64,000 bases of DNA from Bacillota bacterium (GTDB lineage: Bacteria; Bacillota; Clostridia; Tissierellales; Peptoniphilaceae): contig JAQYDN010000002.1 in the NCBI GenBank assembly GCA_028724185.1, forward strand, positions 18,979 to 82,978, written 5' to 3'. The translations under genes were made by a program, and so were the position numbers. Under the pieces are notes generated by a model. That model saw nothing but the letters and a program-made list of their open reading frames with translations. It had not been told where the DNA came from and ran no database searches. This document shows positions 18,187 to 30,022 of the stretch, piece by piece; position 1 is the first letter of the stretch; the number at the start of each line of letters is the position of its first letter.

Positions 18187-20280
18187 CTAACTTTCGACAA
18201 TTTGCTTACCGTCAAATTCCCGTTGGACCAATGCGTTAATCTTCTTGATGAGGCGCAGGCGATTGTTCTTCAGCCCCTCGTCTTCCGCCATAATCATGAC
18301 ATCGTCAAAGTATTGGTGAATATCCTCCGTCAGAGACGCTAAGAGATTCAAATACTCCTCGTCTTTTCGCTTGTTGTACGCGTACTCGAGATCTTCCTCG
18401 ATGCTCAAGACGTGGCGATAGAGCAAAAATTCCTCTTCGGTCATAATCGATTCGTCGATATCTCCCTCGACCGACTCCGCCTTCGAGGCGAGGTTTTCAA
18501 CCCGCGTAACAGCTTCCAGGAAAGCTTTGCGGTCTTCTTTGGTCAAAAACGCCTGAAGCGCATTCGCCTTCTCGAAGATGCGCAAGCTGTCCTCGCCGTC
18601 GATGTCGTTGATCGCATCGATGATGTCGTAGCGAATGCCTTCTTCGCCGAGCATCGTCGAAATACGGCCGCGGAAGAAGTCTAAAATTTGGCGGCTGACT
18701 GCTTCGACGTCGAAGACGAGTCCCATCGAGTTGACAAAGGAATAAAGGGATGCGTCGATGCATTCTCTCAACGCGAGTTCCCAACGCTTCTCGTTGATCA
18801 TTCTCAAAATACCGATCGCCTTGCGACGCAATGCGAAGGGGTCTTGACTTCCCGACGGCGTCTGACCGATCGCGAAGAGTCCGCAGATCGTATCGAATTT
18901 ATCGGCGAGCGAGACGATCGTCCCCGTCGTCGTCGTCGGAAGTTCGGCGCCACTCGAAACGGGCATGTACTGTTCGCGAATCGCACGGCAGACGACGTCT
19001 TCTTCGCCGTCCAAGTTCGCGTAGATGCTTCCCATCACGCCTTCGAGTTCGGTAAATTCCTGAACCATGTTCGTCACGAGATCCGCTTTCGATAAATAGC
19101 ACGCGCGTTTTGCCGCTTCGATCGTCTTGTCTCCGACGGCGAGGATCTCTCCGATGCGAACGACCAGACTGGACATGCGCGCGGACTTGTCCGCCATCGT
19201 CCCCAGCTGTTCCTGGAAGACGATGCCGTCGAGCTGCGAAACGTAATCCTCGAGGGAACGTTCCCTGTCGTTTTCAAAGAAGAACTTCGCGTCTTCGAGG
19301 CGCGCTTCCAAGACCTTTTCGTTCCCTTCCGAGACGATATCGGCATAGTCTTCGTTTCCGTTTCGAATGGTAATGAAATAGGGAAGGAGGTCGCCTTCGG
19401 GGCTGTAGACCGGCGTATAGCGCAAGTGCTCGCGCATGGGCGTCGTGATGACGACTTCCGGAAGCGCCAGATACTGTTCCTTGACGTTTCCGATAACCGC
19501 CGTCGGATATTCTACGATAAAGGTCAGCTCCTCGAGAAGGTCGTCGTCCTTGTGGATTTCGCCTCCGTTGGACTTCGCCATGTAACGAATTTGGTAGAGG
19601 ATGTCTTCTTTTCGCTTTTCGTGGTCTACGATGACGTAGTTTTCCTTAAGCAATTCCTCGTAGTGGCGCACGTCGTCGATCGCGATGTCGCTGCTGCCCA
19701 AAAAACGGTGGCCACGCGTCCGATTCGAGAGTTTGATTCCCTCGAGATCGAAGTCGACGACGGTGTCGTTCAACATGGAGACGAGCCAACGAATGGGTCG
19801 TGCAAATCGGATGTTTTTACCGCCCCAACGCATATTTTTGGGGAACGGAATGTGACGGATGGCGTCGGGGATGATTTCTTTCAGGATCTTATCCGCACTT
19901 TCGCCCTTCTTGTGGATGTGGGCAAAGACATATTCCTGTCCCTTGACTTCGCGCACTTCGAGGTCGTCCTCTTCGATTCCCTGACTGCGCATAAAGCCCT
20001 CGAGCGGTTTGTTCACCTCTCCCTCTTCGGTATAGGCGATTTTCTTCGCCGGTCCCTTAACCCAATCTTCGATATCTTCCTGTGCATCGGCGATGCCGTG
20101 AATCATCAATGTTAATCGGCGGGGCGTCGCGTAGCTTTGAACGGTCTCAAAACCCAACTTGTTCTCGTTTAAACCGTCTTCGACGAGCGTCTTAAACGCC
20201 TCGAGCGCGTTTCTGACGTATGAGGAAGGTAACTCTTCGACGCCGACTTCGATTAAATAAATATTGTCTTGATTACTCAT
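18187..20280 (-). CDS. glyS: Glycine-tRNA ligase beta subunit
   Basis: [36 protein letters not shown] and [10 protein letters not shown]. Confidence 0.97.
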   Translation of the reverse strand: MSNQDNIYLIEVGVEELPSSYVRNALEAFKTLVEDGLNENKLGFETVQSYATPRRLTLMIHGIADAQEDIEDWVKGPAKKIAYTEEGEVNKPLEGFMRSQGIEEDDLEVREVKGQEYVFAHIHKKGESADKILKEIIPDAIRHIPFPKNMRWGGKNIRFARPIRWLVSMLNDTVVDFDLEGIKLSNRTRGHRFLGSSDIAIDDVRHYEELLKENYVIVDHEKRKEDILYQIRYMAKSNGGEIHKDDDLLEELTFIVEYPTAVIGNVKEQYLALPEVVITTPMREHLRYTPVYSPEGDLLPYFITIRNGNEDYADIVSEGNEKVLEARLEDAKFFFENDRERSLEDYVSQLDGIVFQEQLGTMADKSARMSSLVVRIGEILAVGDKTIEAAKRACYLSKADLVTNMVQEFTELEGVMGSIYANLDGEEDVVCRAIREQYMPVSSGAELPTTTTGTIVSLADKFDTICGLFAIGQTPSGSQDPFALRRKAIGILRMINEKRWELALRECIDASLYSFVNSMGLVFDVEAVSRQILDFFRGRISTMLGEEGIRYDIIDAINDIDGEDSLRIFEKANALQAFLTKEDRKAFLEAVTRVENLASKAESVEGDIDESIMTEEEFLLYRHVLSIEEDLEYAYNKRKDEEYLNLLASLTEDIHQYFDDVMIMAEDEGLKNNRLRLIKKINALVQREFDGKQIVES

Positions 20281-21160
20281 GATTATCCTCCGCTTTCGTT
20301 AGGAGAGGATATCCTAACGTCTCTCTCTGTTCGATGTATTTTTGAGCGGCAAGTCTTGCCAAATTACGTACTCTGGAGATGTAAGAAGCGCGCTGCGATA
20401 CGGAAATCGCACCTCTCGCATCCAGGACATTAAAAGTATGCGAACATTTCAACACGTAGTCGTACCCCGGCAGAACCAAATCCATGTTCAGCACGCGTTC
20501 CGCCTCTTTTTCGTAGATGTTAAAAAGTTCCCGCAACATGTCGATGTCGGCAATTTCGAAGCTATATTTCGAATGCTCATATTCGGCCTTCTTAAAGATA
20601 TCGCCATATTTAATATGTTCATTCCAATCGATGTCATACACCGTATCGACATCTTGCAGATACATGGCGATTCTCTCCAACCCGTAGGTCAGCTCCGCGC
20701 TTTCCAGATCGCAGTTGATGCCGCCGACTTGTTGGAAATAAGTAAATTGCGTAATTTCCATGCCGTCGAGCCAAACTTCCCAGCCGAGGCCCCACGCACC
20801 CAGGGTCGGCGATTCCCAGTTGTCTTCGACAAAACGGATGTCGTGTTTGAGCGGATCGATCCCTAAAACTTCCAAACTCTTTAAGTAGAGTTCTTGAACG
20901 TCCTCAGGAGACGGTTTCAAAATAACTTGCAATTGGTGGTGTTGATACAAACGGTTCGGATTATCGCCATACCGTCCGTCGGCGGGGCGCCTCGACGGTT
21001 CGACGTAAACCGTTCTCCAGGGTTCCGGACCGAGCGTCCTTAAAAACGTGTGGGGGTTCATCGTACCCGCACCCTTTTCCGTATCGTAGGGCTCTAACAC
21101 CGTACAACCCTGTTTATTCCAGTATTCTTTCAACTGTTGCACCATAGCTTGAAAATGCAT
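20273..21160 (-). CDS. glyQ: Glycine-tRNA ligase alpha subunit
   Basis: [41 protein letters not shown] and ELTYGLER. Confidence 0.98.
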   Translation of the reverse strand: MHFQAMVQQLKEYWNKQGCTVLEPYDTEKGAGTMNPHTFLRTLGPEPWRTVYVEPSRRPADGRYGDNPNRLYQHHQLQVILKPSPEDVQELYLKSLEVLGIDPLKHDIRFVEDNWESPTLGAWGLGWEVWLDGMEITQFTYFQQVGGINCDLESAELTYGLERIAMYLQDVDTVYDIDWNEHIKYGDIFKKAEYEHSKYSFEIADIDMLRELFNIYEKEAERVLNMDLVLPGYDYVLKCSHTFNVLDARGAISVSQRASYISRVRNLARLAAQKYIEQRETLGYPLLTKAEDNHE

Positions 21161-21173
21161 AGTTTCCTCCCTC

Positions 21174-21887
21174 CTACATTCTTAACTGTAGGGATTGAAT
21201 GGAATTTAATTCCAAATTGACCACTGTGTATTGCTTTAACAGGCGATACACCTTTTCTTTCGTCCGTGCGTCGATCTCGCGCAAATTTATCTTATCTAAT
21301 GGAGTATATAGCAAATGACGAAAAGTGTAAATATCCGCTTTATCAATGTGAATCGCATCACCGACGACCTCGCTCTTACCCGCGATGCCTCGGTCCGGTG
21401 AGAAGACATAGGATCCCTCGTCCTCGCTCGGTATCAACGGTCGATACCCCATAAAGGAGAGGTATTTAATCACAAACCCCATAAAGATGAGAATCGGCTC
21501 GTCGCTTTCGGACATCTCGTAAAGCGCCTTTCGGAGGAGCGAGAAGATCCTCGGTGTCCCTTGGCCCTCGAGGCTCGACCGATCGACGATTTCGACGATC
21601 GCCGAGGCGTAAATCAGCCGGTCGTAGGAATCGCGCATCGCGAGATTGGACTGTAAAATTTTTCCACTGTTGAGATAATAAAAAGATTTCCCCGCGCTCA
21701 ACCTGTACCGTCCGAAGGTAAAGACTTCCGTCAACGGCAGATTCCGCGAGCGCCTGGATTTCGCGCCCTTCACGAGTACGGAAAGCTTTCCCTTCCGCTC
21801 CGTGTAGAGTCTGATAATGCGGTCGCTTTCGCCGTAAGCCATGGAACTCAAGACGACCGCCTGGCACTCAATCCGTTCGGTAGCCAA
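21174..21887 (-). CDS. recO: DNA repair protein RecO
   Basis: [23 protein letters not shown]-terminal OB fold; era-recO-glyQ synteny. Confidence 0.9.
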   Translation of the reverse strand: MATERIECQAVVLSSMAYGESDRIIRLYTERKGKLSVLVKGAKSRRSRNLPLTEVFTFGRYRLSAGKSFYYLNSGKILQSNLAMRDSYDRLIYASAIVEIVDRSSLEGQGTPRIFSLLRKALYEMSESDEPILIFMGFVIKYLSFMGYRPLIPSEDEGSYVFSPDRGIAGKSEVVGDAIHIDKADIYTFRHLLYTPLDKINLREIDARTKEKVYRLLKQYTVVNLELNSIQSLQLRM

Positions 21888-22764
21888 AGGACTTCACCTT
21901 GTCGGCTTTTTCCCGCCAATTTTTACTGACCTTCACCCACAACTTTAAATTGACCTCGCTGCCGAGAAAGAGCTCGATCTCCCTGCGCGCCTCCGTGCCG
22001 ATGCGCTTCAGCATTTGCCCGCCTTTTCCGATGACGATGCCCTTGTGGGAGTCCTTTTCGACGTAGATCGTCGCCTGAATTTCGATCATGTCCTTTCCCT
22101 CCATCGGGCGCATGCTTTCGACGAATACGGCCAGGCCGTGCGGCACTTCTTCCTGTAGATAGTAGAGTCCCTTTTCGCGAATAATTTCGGAGATAATGAA
22201 TTTTTCGGGTTGATCGGTCACCATGTCGTCCGGAAAATACTTCGGCCCCTCCTCCAAGTAAGAGAATATCGTGTCGATCAGGTGGTCTACATTCTCGTCT
22301 TTCAGCGCCGATACCGGGACGATTTCCTCAAAGATATCCATCTCCGCAAATTTCGCGATGATGGGGAGAACTTCGTCGCGCGGCACCGTGTCCACCTTAT
22401 TGATGACGAGGATCGCGGGGACGTCTTCCGCTTGTTTCTTCACTTCGCGGAGAATCATCTTGTCCTTGCGTCCCAAGTAGTCGCTCATGTCGACGACCAT
22501 CAAAATCACGTCGACGCCTTCCATCGACGACTCGCTCGTCTCCAACATATAATCACCGAGTTTATTTCGCGGCGATTGAATGCCCGGCGTATCCAAAAAG
22601 GCGATCTGACCGCGATCGTCCGAGTAGATCATGGTGATCTTGTTTCGCGTCGTCTGTGCCTTGTTGGACGTTATCGATATCTTCTCTTTGACGATTTGAT
22701 TCAACAGCGTACTCTTGCCGACATTCGGTCTTCCGACGACGCTTACAAAACCCGACTTATACAT
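21868..22764 (-). CDS. era: GTPase Era
   Basis: GRPNVGKSTL, QTTR, DTPG, NKVD and KH domain VIGKGG. Confidence 0.98.
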   Translation of the reverse strand: MYKSGFVSVVGRPNVGKSTLLNQIVKEKISITSNKAQTTRNKITMIYSDDRGQIAFLDTPGIQSPRNKLGDYMLETSESSMEGVDVILMVVDMSDYLGRKDKMILREVKKQAEDVPAILVINKVDTVPRDEVLPIIAKFAEMDIFEEIVPVSALKDENVDHLIDTIFSYLEEGPKYFPDDMVTDQPEKFIISEIIREKGLYYLQEEVPHGLAVFVESMRPMEGKDMIEIQATIYVEKDSHKGIVIGKGGQMLKRIGTEARREIELFLGSEVNLKLWVKVSKNWREKADKVKSFGYRTD

Positions 22765-23176
22765 GCTCTCCTCCTTTTAAATTCTCCGGACCGAAACTGT
22801 GGGGCAGCAAGTCCTCCAAGTGATAGCATTCGTATTCGTCCTTATTTTTCGCGACGATGATTTCCAGTCCTTCGCTCGCGAATTCGCGCATAACCTGTCT
22901 GCACACGCCGCAGGGAAAGCCCATGTCTTCTCCCGCGACGACGGCGATCGCATCGATCGACGAGGCGTCCTCGCTCACGGCCTTAAATATGGCGACGCGT
23001 TCGGCGCACACGGTCGGCGTATAAGAGGCGTTTTCAATATTGCATCCGTCGAAAATGTCTCCGTCACTCGTCAAGACGGCGGCGCCGACGGAGTAGCCCG
23101 AATAGGGGACGTACGCTTTCTTTTGCGCCTCCTGCGCGCGAACGATCAATTTCTCTATTTTCTCTTTTTTCGTCAT
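22757..23176 (-). CDS. cdd: Cytidine deaminase
   Basis: PYSGYSVGAA, CAERVAI and PCGVCRQ; ATG at 23176 chosen (ORF track starts at 23191). Confidence 0.95.
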   Translation of the reverse strand: MTKKEKIEKLIVRAQEAQKKAYVPYSGYSVGAAVLTSDGDIFDGCNIENASYTPTVCAERVAIFKAVSEDASSIDAIAVVAGEDMGFPCGVCRQVMREFASEGLEIIVAKNKDEYECYHLEDLLPHSFGPENLKGGEHV

Positions 23177-23178
23177 AA

Positions 23179-23886
23179 TCAACCCATCCAAACAAATATA
23201 ATCACGGCGATCGCGGTACCTAGGACGGCACCGGCCACCGCTTCTATCGGCTTATGTATTTCCCCCTCGATGCGACTTTCCGCCACCAAAAATGCCAATC
23301 CGAAGGCGAGGGCGGCGATAAATCCGTTCATCGAGATAAAGGTGATCGAAGCGGCCATGCAAAAAGCGAGGGCGGAGTGTCCGCTCACGGCGCCGCCCTG
23401 AAAATAACTACCGCCGCTTTCGTGCCATTTATGGAGCTTCAAACCCACCGTGAGAATCAAGACAATGGCGATGGCGACAAGCGTCAGGTGCGGTCCCGAG
23501 TTTTTGATGCGAACCAAGACCACGTCCGAAAACGAGATAATCCGGTCGAAAAACAACAGATATCCCGTAACGGCCGCGTTGATCCCGGCAAGAAGCACCG
23601 CTCCCGCACTGACGTCCTTGGCAAGTTTCGCAAGCGGGTGATAGCCCTCCGTAATCATGTCGATCGTGCGCTCGATCGCGGTGTTAAAGAGCTCGGAGAC
23701 GATGACGAAGGTTACCGCAAAGAGAAGCGTAATGAATTCGATGCGCGACAGATTAAAAAACAGGCTGAAGGCGATGACCCCCAGCGCCGCCGCGTAGTGA
23801 AATTTCATATTGCGTTCGGAATGAATGGCACTGATAATGCCTTGAACCGCATGATTAAAGGACTTAATAAAGTTACCGCGCTTCAT
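23179..23886 (-). CDS. dgkA: Diacylglycerol/undecaprenol kinase fused to a PAP2-like domain
   Basis: ELFNTAIE..D and AKDVSAGAV motifs; C-terminal SGHSALAF..SRIEGEIH; RBS AAAGGA before ATG 23886. Confidence 0.88.
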   Translation of the reverse strand: MKRGNFIKSFNHAVQGIISAIHSERNMKFHYAAALGVIAFSLFFNLSRIEFITLLFAVTFVIVSELFNTAIERTIDMITEGYHPLAKLAKDVSAGAVLLAGINAAVTGYLLFFDRIISFSDVVLVRIKNSGPHLTLVAIAIVLILTVGLKLHKWHESGGSYFQGGAVSGHSALAFCMAASITFISMNGFIAALAFGLAFLVAESRIEGEIHKPIEAVAGAVLGTAIAVIIFVWMG

Positions 23887-24337
23887 GCTCTTTCCTTTCA
23901 AAATCGGCGAGAATCGACTCCTCGCGCGCCCGCATCTCTCGCTTGTCCGCCTCCTCCATATGATCGTAGCCGACGAGGTGCAGGAGGCTGTGAACGGTTA
24001 AATACGTCAGCTCCCGGCGATAACTGTGTCCGAACGCCTCGGCCTGTTCCTTAACTCTTTCGGTGTTGATGATCACATCGCCCAAGTTTCGATAATCCTC
24101 AAACGTCATCTCCATCGGGAAGCTCAGGACGTCGGTCACGCGATCGACGCCGCGATAATCGCGGTTGAGTTCGCGTATCTCGTCCCCGTCGACGAAGCTC
24201 ACCGACACCTCCGCCTCGTCCTCTTCGACCAACTCCCCGACCGCGAAGGTAATAAGGCGCTCGAGCAGCTCCCGATCTTCCTCGGACAAAGAAACCGCCT
24301 GTTGACGGTCGTCCATATAAATATTAATCGTTTCCAT
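23873..24337 (-). CDS. ybeY: rRNA maturation endoribonuclease YbeY
   Basis: TDVLSFP, LGDVII and HSLLHLVGYDH. Confidence 0.96.
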   Translation of the reverse strand: METINIYMDDRQQAVSLSEEDRELLERLITFAVGELVEEDEAEVSVSFVDGDEIRELNRDYRGVDRVTDVLSFPMEMTFEDYRNLGDVIINTERVKEQAEAFGHSYRRELTYLTVHSLLHLVGYDHMEEADKREMRAREESILADFERKEHEAR

Positions 24338-25367
24338 GGTCCGATCCGTCCTTATTCGATTTGTCTTCGCGGGCCTCTCTCTCTTTTTTCTTTTCTTCGC
24401 GCTCTTTTTCGAGGGCGCGGTCGTACTTGTCGTACGCCTCGATAATGCGCTGAACGAGCGGATGGCGGACGATGTCGTTTCGTCCCAATCGTACGGTCTT
24501 AATGCCCTTGACGCCCTCCAAAATTTTTAAAACGGTCTTAAGTCCCGACTGCTTGCCGCGCGGCAAGTCGATCTGCGTAATGTCCCCGGTAATGATGGCC
24601 TTCGAACCGTATCCCAAGCGCGTGAGAAACATCTTCATCTGTTCGTTTGTCGTGTTCTGCGCCTCGTCCAAGATGACGTAGGCGTTGTCGAGCGTCCGAC
24701 CACGCATATACGCGAGCGGCGCCACCTCGATCAGTCCCTTTTCCAGGTACTTTTGAAAAGCGTCCTGTCCTAAAATTTCAAATAGCGCGTCGTAAAGCGG
24801 GCGCAGATAGGGGTCGACCTTCATCTGCAAATCTCCCGGCAAAAATCCCAAACTCTCCCCGGCCTCCACGGCGGGTCGCGTCAAGATAATGCGGTTGACT
24901 TCTTTTTCCTTAAACGCCTTGACCGCATTGGCCATGGCGATGTAGGTCTTGCCCGTTCCCGCCGGACCGATGCCGAAGACGACGTCGTATTCGCGAATGG
25001 CATCCAGATAGCGCTTTTGTCCGAGTGTCTTCGGACGCAGCGGACGTCCCATCTCCGTATAGACGATCACATCGTCCAAGAGCGCGCTGAAACTGTCTTC
25101 GACGCCGGCATTCACCAAATCGATGCTGTATCGAATGTCTCGTCTGTCGATTCTCTTTTGCTTGCGAATCGCCTCGACCAAGTTCGTAATCACGATCTGC
25201 GCTTTTCTCATCGCCTCGTCGTCGCCCTGCACGCGCACGCCTTCGTCGTTTTGCGAAATCGTCACGTCAAAGGCCTGTTCGACCAATTGAATGTTTTCAT
25301 CTAAATTGCCGAATAATTCCTTTAATACGCGCGGTTCATTGATTCCTATGTCTAAATTCTCTTGCAA
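24324..25367 (-). CDS. phoH: PhoH family ATPase
   Basis: GPAGTGKT, LTRPAVEAGESLGFLPG, RGRTL and DEAQN. Confidence 0.96.
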   Translation of the reverse strand: MQENLDIGINEPRVLKELFGNLDENIQLVEQAFDVTISQNDEGVRVQGDDEAMRKAQIVITNLVEAIRKQKRIDRRDIRYSIDLVNAGVEDSFSALLDDVIVYTEMGRPLRPKTLGQKRYLDAIREYDVVFGIGPAGTGKTYIAMANAVKAFKEKEVNRIILTRPAVEAGESLGFLPGDLQMKVDPYLRPLYDALFEILGQDAFQKYLEKGLIEVAPLAYMRGRTLDNAYVILDEAQNTTNEQMKMFLTRLGYGSKAIITGDITQIDLPRGKQSGLKTVLKILEGVKGIKTVRLGRNDIVRHPLVQRIIEAYDKYDRALEKEREEKKKEREAREDKSNKDGSDHGND

Positions 25368-25378
25368 AAACGTCTCCT

Positions 25379-25873
25379 TTACTTACGTCTACTCTTCGGT
25401 TTGCCCACTATCTCCTGATAGATAAAGGGCCGATACATCGCGTCGTATGCGTCGACGACGTCGAGGGGATTTTTGCGACGTCCCGTCTCGGCGCTTTCGC
25501 GTATTCGTTTCGGGACGCGCTGTTGCGCCTCGTTCCTTTTTTCCCTGTCTCGTTTTTCCTTCATCTCACGATTCGCTCTTATCCGGTCATCGTGAAGTCC
25601 GCGAGGTTTCTTTCCCCGAGCGGCGGAGGTATCCTCCGCGCGATATCTCAACGCGTCTTTTTTCGCAGATCGCCCGAATGCCGTCGAGCGCTTCGACGCC
25701 TCGGGCGGATGCTTGCTCTCGCCGATCGCGCGCTGTACCTCGATCGGAACTCCTTGATAATCTTTTTTAAACGTCGCGTCGGATTTTTCTTCATCGTTTC
25801 GGGCTTGCACGATCTGCCTTCTCCGGTAATAGACCAATCCCCCTACGAGAAGAATCCAGAGGAGGCCTCTCAT
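25379..25873 (-). CDS. YqfB-like hypothetical membrane-anchored protein
   Basis: N-terminal TM segment, charged body, C-terminal EIVGKPKS; third gene of the nfeD-floA cluster. Confidence 0.65.
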   Translation of the reverse strand: MRGLLWILLVGGLVYYRRRQIVQARNDEEKSDATFKKDYQGVPIEVQRAIGESKHPPEASKRSTAFGRSAKKDALRYRAEDTSAARGKKPRGLHDDRIRANREMKEKRDREKRNEAQQRVPKRIRESAETGRRKNPLDVVDAYDAMYRPFIYQEIVGKPKSRRK

Positions 25874-26868
25874 TCGCTATCCCCCGAATCTTCGCGTTCC
25901 TTCGAAGGTCCCTTGGCGATGGCTTCGCGCATCGCGGTGTCGCTCTTCATGTTTTCGAGCTCGTAATAGCCTTCGACCGACAAGTGTCCCGATCTGAGCG
26001 CCTCGGCGAGTGCCTTCGGCACCTCGGACTGTGCCTCGACGACGCGTGCGCGCATCGCTTCGACTTCCGCGTGCATCTCTTGCTCTCTCGCGATCGCCAT
26101 CGATCGTCTCTCCGACGCCTTCGCTTCGGCTATTCGCTTGTCCGCTTCCGCCTGATCGGTTTGCAGCCTTGCGCCGATATTTCGCGCGACGTCCACATCC
26201 GCGATGTCGATCGAAAGAATTTCGTATGCGGTTCCCGAATCCAGACCCTTTTCCAAGACGACGCGAGAGATGTTGTCCGGATTTTCCAGTACTTCCTTGT
26301 AGCTGCTCGAGGAGCCGACGGTCGTGACGATGCCCTCACCGACTCGCGCGATGATCGTCTCTTCACCGGCGCCGCCGACTAAGCGGTCGATGTTGGCGCG
26401 CACGGTTACCTTCGCGATGACGACGACTTCTATCCCGTCCTGTGCGACGGCGGCGATATTCGGCGTCTCGATAACCTTCGGATTGACGCTTACCTGAACC
26501 GCCTCGAGCACGTCGCGACCCGCGAGGTCGATCGCAGCCGCCTCTTCAAAGTTTAACTCGATGTCGGCGCGCTGTGCGGCGATAAGCGCATCGACCACGG
26601 CGTCGACGTTTCCTCCCGCCAGATAGTGACCTTCGAGCGCGCTCGTATTTAAAGCCATCCCCGCTTTGGTCGCCTTGATCATCGGGTTGACGATTCGCCT
26701 CGGCTTGACGCGCCTTAAGCGCATGCCGATCAAGTCGCTCATCCTGATCTTGACGCCCGAAAAGAACGCCGTGACCCAAAGGCCGAGCGGAACCATTGTC
26801 AGCAAGATCAACACAAAGACGATAAGTATAAATATTAAGATTGTTCCCAATATGGATCCGAAAGTCAC
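25870..26868 (-). CDS. floA: Flotillin-like protein FloA (YqfA)
   Basis: [25 protein letters not shown] and [12 protein letters not shown]. Confidence 0.93.
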   Translation of the reverse strand: MTFGSILGTILIFILIVFVLILLTMVPLGLWVTAFFSGVKIRMSDLIGMRLRRVKPRRIVNPMIKATKAGMALNTSALEGHYLAGGNVDAVVDALIAAQRADIELNFEEAAAIDLAGRDVLEAVQVSVNPKVIETPNIAAVAQDGIEVVVIAKVTVRANIDRLVGGAGEETIIARVGEGIVTTVGSSSSYKEVLENPDNISRVVLEKGLDSGTAYEILSIDIADVDVARNIGARLQTDQAEADKRIAEAKASERRSMAIAREQEMHAEVEAMRARVVEAQSEVPKALAEALRSGHLSVEGYYELENMKSDTAMREAIAKGPSKEREDSGDSE

Positions 26869-27545
26869 TGCGAAACCTCCTTTACATAGATCGAATGACC
26901 ACGTACCGCGATAACTTCCACCGATCGATTCGCATCGATAAATCCTCCTTCGGAGTAAATCGTGACGCGTCGACCGTCAAACTCTCCGGTGCCGCTCGGC
27001 CGCAAGGGACTTAACGTCTTTCCCTCCTCGCCCACCGCCAAAAGCGGAGGCTTCGGCTGCGCGACCGGTTCATCTGAAATAAATCGTTTGAGGAGGGGCA
27101 TCTCCTCGCCCTCCGTAAAAAATCTGCGCGCAATCAGGGCGATAAAAATAGCCGCGACGAGAAACGTCAAAATCACCTGAACGCCGCCCGACATGGATAG
27201 GGCTACGGAAACGACCAGCAGCAAAATTCCGCTGATCCCCGGCACGCCGAAACCCGGGACGATGACCTCGATAAAAATCAATAATCCGCCCAATAAAAAT
27301 AAGATAAATGCGAGCAGCGAGGTCAGACCCGCAGGAATGCCCAAGAGGAAATAGAGGACGATGCAACCGATCGCGAAAATCCAACTCTTCGACCGCTTGC
27401 CGGCAAACAACGCATAGGTCGCGCTCGCGATGGCCGCGACGATCAAGGCGGATCGAATAAACGGCAGGGCGGGAAACGCGGAAAACCGCGAAGCGGACGA
27501 CGACACGTCGAATATGTGATTTACCTTCAATAAGAGCGCTTTCAC
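26865..27545 (-). CDS. NfeD family membrane protein
   Basis: [15 protein letters not shown], then C-terminal OB fold LRPSG..SEGGFI; GTG start with GGAGG. Confidence 0.85.
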   Translation of the reverse strand: MKALLLKVNHIFDVSSSASRFSAFPALPFIRSALIVAAIASATYALFAGKRSKSWIFAIGCIVLYFLLGIPAGLTSLLAFILFLLGGLLIFIEVIVPGFGVPGISGILLLVVSVALSMSGGVQVILTFLVAAIFIALIARRFFTEGEEMPLLKRFISDEPVAQPKPPLLAVGEEGKTLSPLRPSGTGEFDGRRVTIYSEGGFIDANRSVEVIAVRGHSIYVKEVSQ

Positions 27546-27626
27546 ACAAATCCCTCCTCGTGATTTTATACCCGCTTAAATCCACCTAGAATCGAAAGTA
27601 ACCCGGAGAAAGCTCCCCGGGTTATC

Positions 27627-28070
27627 TTAATTTAGAATGCGATTTACAATTGCATTGACTTTTTTGCCATCGGCGCGTCCCTGCACCTTCGGCATTATAC
27701 TTTTCATCAGAAGACCCATCTGTTTTTTCTCAGTAATGTTTTTCTCTTCCATTACGTTTCGAATCATAGACTCGAGCTCTTCGTCCGATAATTGTTCAGG
27801 CATATATTTTAAAAGAACGTCGATTTCCTCTTTCGTCGTCTCGACGAGATCGTCGCGACCCGCCTTTTCAAATTCTTCGATGCTTCCGCGCCGTTCTTTA
27901 ATCTGCTTGGAGACGATTTTGATCACTTCGTCGTCATCCAGCTCGACGCGATCATCGACTTCCTTTTGCTTAATCGCGGCTCGCACCATCGTAATGGTAT
28001 CTTTCGTTCTCTTATCCTTATTTTTCATCGCAGTCTTTAAGTCCTGCATTAAGGTTTCTTTTAAAGACAA
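27627..28070 (-). CDS. GatB/YqeY domain protein
   Basis: MSLKETLMQDLKTAMK..KQIKERRGSIEEF..MG..ADGK; follows rpsU. Confidence 0.92.
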   Translation of the reverse strand: MSLKETLMQDLKTAMKNKDKRTKDTITMVRAAIKQKEVDDRVELDDDEVIKIVSKQIKERRGSIEEFEKAGRDDLVETTKEEIDVLLKYMPEQLSDEELESMIRNVMEEKNITEKKQMGLLMKSIMPKVQGRADGKKVNAIVNRILN

Positions 28071-28089
28071 AACAACACCTTCTCAATTA

Positions 28090-28272
28090 TTAGTATCTTC
28101 TACGCTTTTTTCTGCGTGCTTCCTCCGATTTTTTCTTACGCTTTACACTGGGTTTTTCATAGTGTTCGCGCTTGCGAACCTCTTTCATAACCCCGCTGGA
28201 AGCACATTGTCTCTTAAATCGTTTAAGTGCGGATTCTAAAGACTCGTTTTCTCCTACGCGGATTTCCGACAT
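28090..28272 (-). CDS. rpsU: 30S ribosomal protein S21
   Basis: [33 protein letters not shown]; 60 aa from ATG 28272 with GGAGG RBS. Confidence 0.97.
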   Translation of the reverse strand: MSEIRVGENESLESALKRFKRQCASSGVMKEVRKREHYEKPSVKRKKKSEEARRKKRRRY

Positions 28273-28329
28273 GATTTCCCTCCCCTCTTTAGAAAAGAGT
28301 GAATAGCCTAATAGACTAAATTCTTTACT

Positions 28330-28358
28330 ATTATACACGTTTAGGGAGTTAAATTCAA
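28330..28358 (-). promoter_or_regulatory. SigA promoter of rpsU
   Basis: TTGAAT-N17-TATAAT. Confidence 0.78.
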
Positions 28359-28380
28359 CAAAAGGTGTCTTATCCGAAAC

Positions 28381-28719
28381 TTAACCCGGCGGCCATTGTA
28401 GACTTCTTCCGCCCAACACGTGAAAATGCATATGTTTGACGGATTGACCTCCGTCTTCGCCTATGTTGTGCACGACGCGGTAACCGCTGTCGAGATGCTC
28501 TTTTTTGGCGAGGTCGCGGATCTTTTTAAAGATATAGCCGATCAGCTCGCTGTCCTCGTCCTGCATATCGTCGAGCGAGTCGATGTGCTTTTTCGGAATG
28601 ACCAAAAAATGCGTCGGCGCCTGGGGATCGATGTCGTTAAAAACGTAAATTTTGTCGTCTTCATACAGACAGTCCGAGGGAATTTCTCCGGCGATGATCT
28701 TGCAAAATAGACAATCCAT
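28381..28719 (-). CDS. HIT family nucleotide-binding protein
   Basis: DCLFCKII start; HMHFH histidine triad. Confidence 0.95.
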   Translation of the reverse strand: MDCLFCKIIAGEIPSDCLYEDDKIYVFNDIDPQAPTHFLVIPKKHIDSLDDMQDEDSELIGYIFKKIRDLAKKEHLDSGYRVVHNIGEDGGQSVKHMHFHVLGGRSLQWPPG

Positions 28720-28723
28720 GCTC

Positions 28724-30022
28724 CTACTCCTTTCCCATGTGACCTAAGATGATGTCATCGTTTTCTTTTACTATTGTAACATACTCAAGTGCATTCTGTA
28801 TATTTTCATCCGAGGCCACGCCGACTCTCAAGTAGTTCGGCGTGTAGCCGAAGAAGAGACCGTCTTTTTCCTCTTCGAATAAGACGGGATAGCTTTTTCC
28901 CGCGATCGTCCCGATAAATTCGCGGCGCATCGCCTTGCCGAGTTCGATCATGCGCGCGGCGCGATCCTTTTTTATCTCTCCGGGTACTTGATCCGATCGC
29001 TTCGCCGCCGGCGTATTTCTCCGCTGACTGTAGGGAAAGACGTGAAGATCGCTGAAGGCCATTTCCTCGACAAACGCGTAGCTCTCTTCAAAATCTTCCT
29101 CCGTCTCGCCCGGAAAGCCCACGATCACATCGGTCGTAATCCCCGCGTCAGGATAGACCCTCCGAATCCGCTCGACGGTCTCTCGATAATCCTCGGGCGT
29201 GTACTTTCGGTTCATAGCCCTTAACGTCTTGGCCGCGCCGCTTTGCAGGGAGAGGTGAAAGTGCGGCATAAAGTTCTCGAGTTTTTCGACTCTGCTTAAA
29301 AAGTCCTCCGTAATCGTCATCGGCTCGACCGAGGACAGGCGCACCCTCTCGATCCCCTCGACTCCGGCGATCGCCTCGATCAAATCGATCAGACCGAGAT
29401 CTCCTTCCAAATCTTTGCCGTAACTACCGATGTGAATGCCCGTAAGGACGACCTCTTTAAATCCGTTTTTCGCCAGGCGCTCCGCCTCTTGTACGGATTC
29501 CTCGAGGTCTCTTGAGCGTATAAAGCCCCGCGCGTAGGGAATGATGCAGTAGGAGCAATATTGATTGCAGCCGTCCTGTACCTTCATATACGCCCGCGTC
29601 CGCCCCTCGATCTCTTTGATCTTAAGTGTCTCAAACGCCTCGCCCGGCTCGTGACTTTCGACGTCTATGATCTGCTCCGCACCCTCAAAGAGCGACGTTA
29701 AGTGCTCGGGGATGTCGCGCCTGTTCTTCGTACCGAGGACGAGGTCTACCCCTTCGATCTTCGCGACCTCCTCCCGCGCGACTTGCGCGTAGCATCCGAA
29801 GACGACGACCTTGCAGTCGGGATTCTTCCGCTTGTGACGGCGGATGATTTGGCGGCTCTTTCGGTCGCTTTCGTTGGTGACGGTGCAGGTGTTGATGAGC
29901 ACGACGTCGGCTTCGTCGTCGGGATCTAAGATGTAGCCCTCTTTTTCGAGCAATTCCTCGACCGCCTCGGTCTCGTACTGGTTGACCTTGCAACCCAATG
30001 TATAGATTTTAAAACGCTTCAC
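28724..30022 (-). CDS. mtaB: tRNA t6A37 methylthiotransferase
   Basis: TLGCKVNQYE; radical SAM CNQYCSYC; IVGFPGET; TRAM-like end; position after rsmE. Confidence 0.93.
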   Translation of the reverse strand: MKRFKIYTLGCKVNQYETEAVEELLEKEGYILDPDDEADVVLINTCTVTNESDRKSRQIIRRHKRKNPDCKVVVFGCYAQVAREEVAKIEGVDLVLGTKNRRDIPEHLTSLFEGAEQIIDVESHEPGEAFETLKIKEIEGRTRAYMKVQDGCNQYCSYCIIPYARGFIRSRDLEESVQEAERLAKNGFKEVVLTGIHIGSYGKDLEGDLGLIDLIEAIAGVEGIERVRLSSVEPMTITEDFLSRVEKLENFMPHFHLSLQSGAAKTLRAMNRKYTPEDYRETVERIRRVYPDAGITTDVIVGFPGETEEDFEESYAFVEEMAFSDLHVFPYSQRRNTPAAKRSDQVPGEIKKDRAARMIELGKAMRREFIGTIAGKSYPVLFEEEKDGLFFGYTPNYLRVGVASDENIQNALEYVTIVKENDDIILGHMGKE

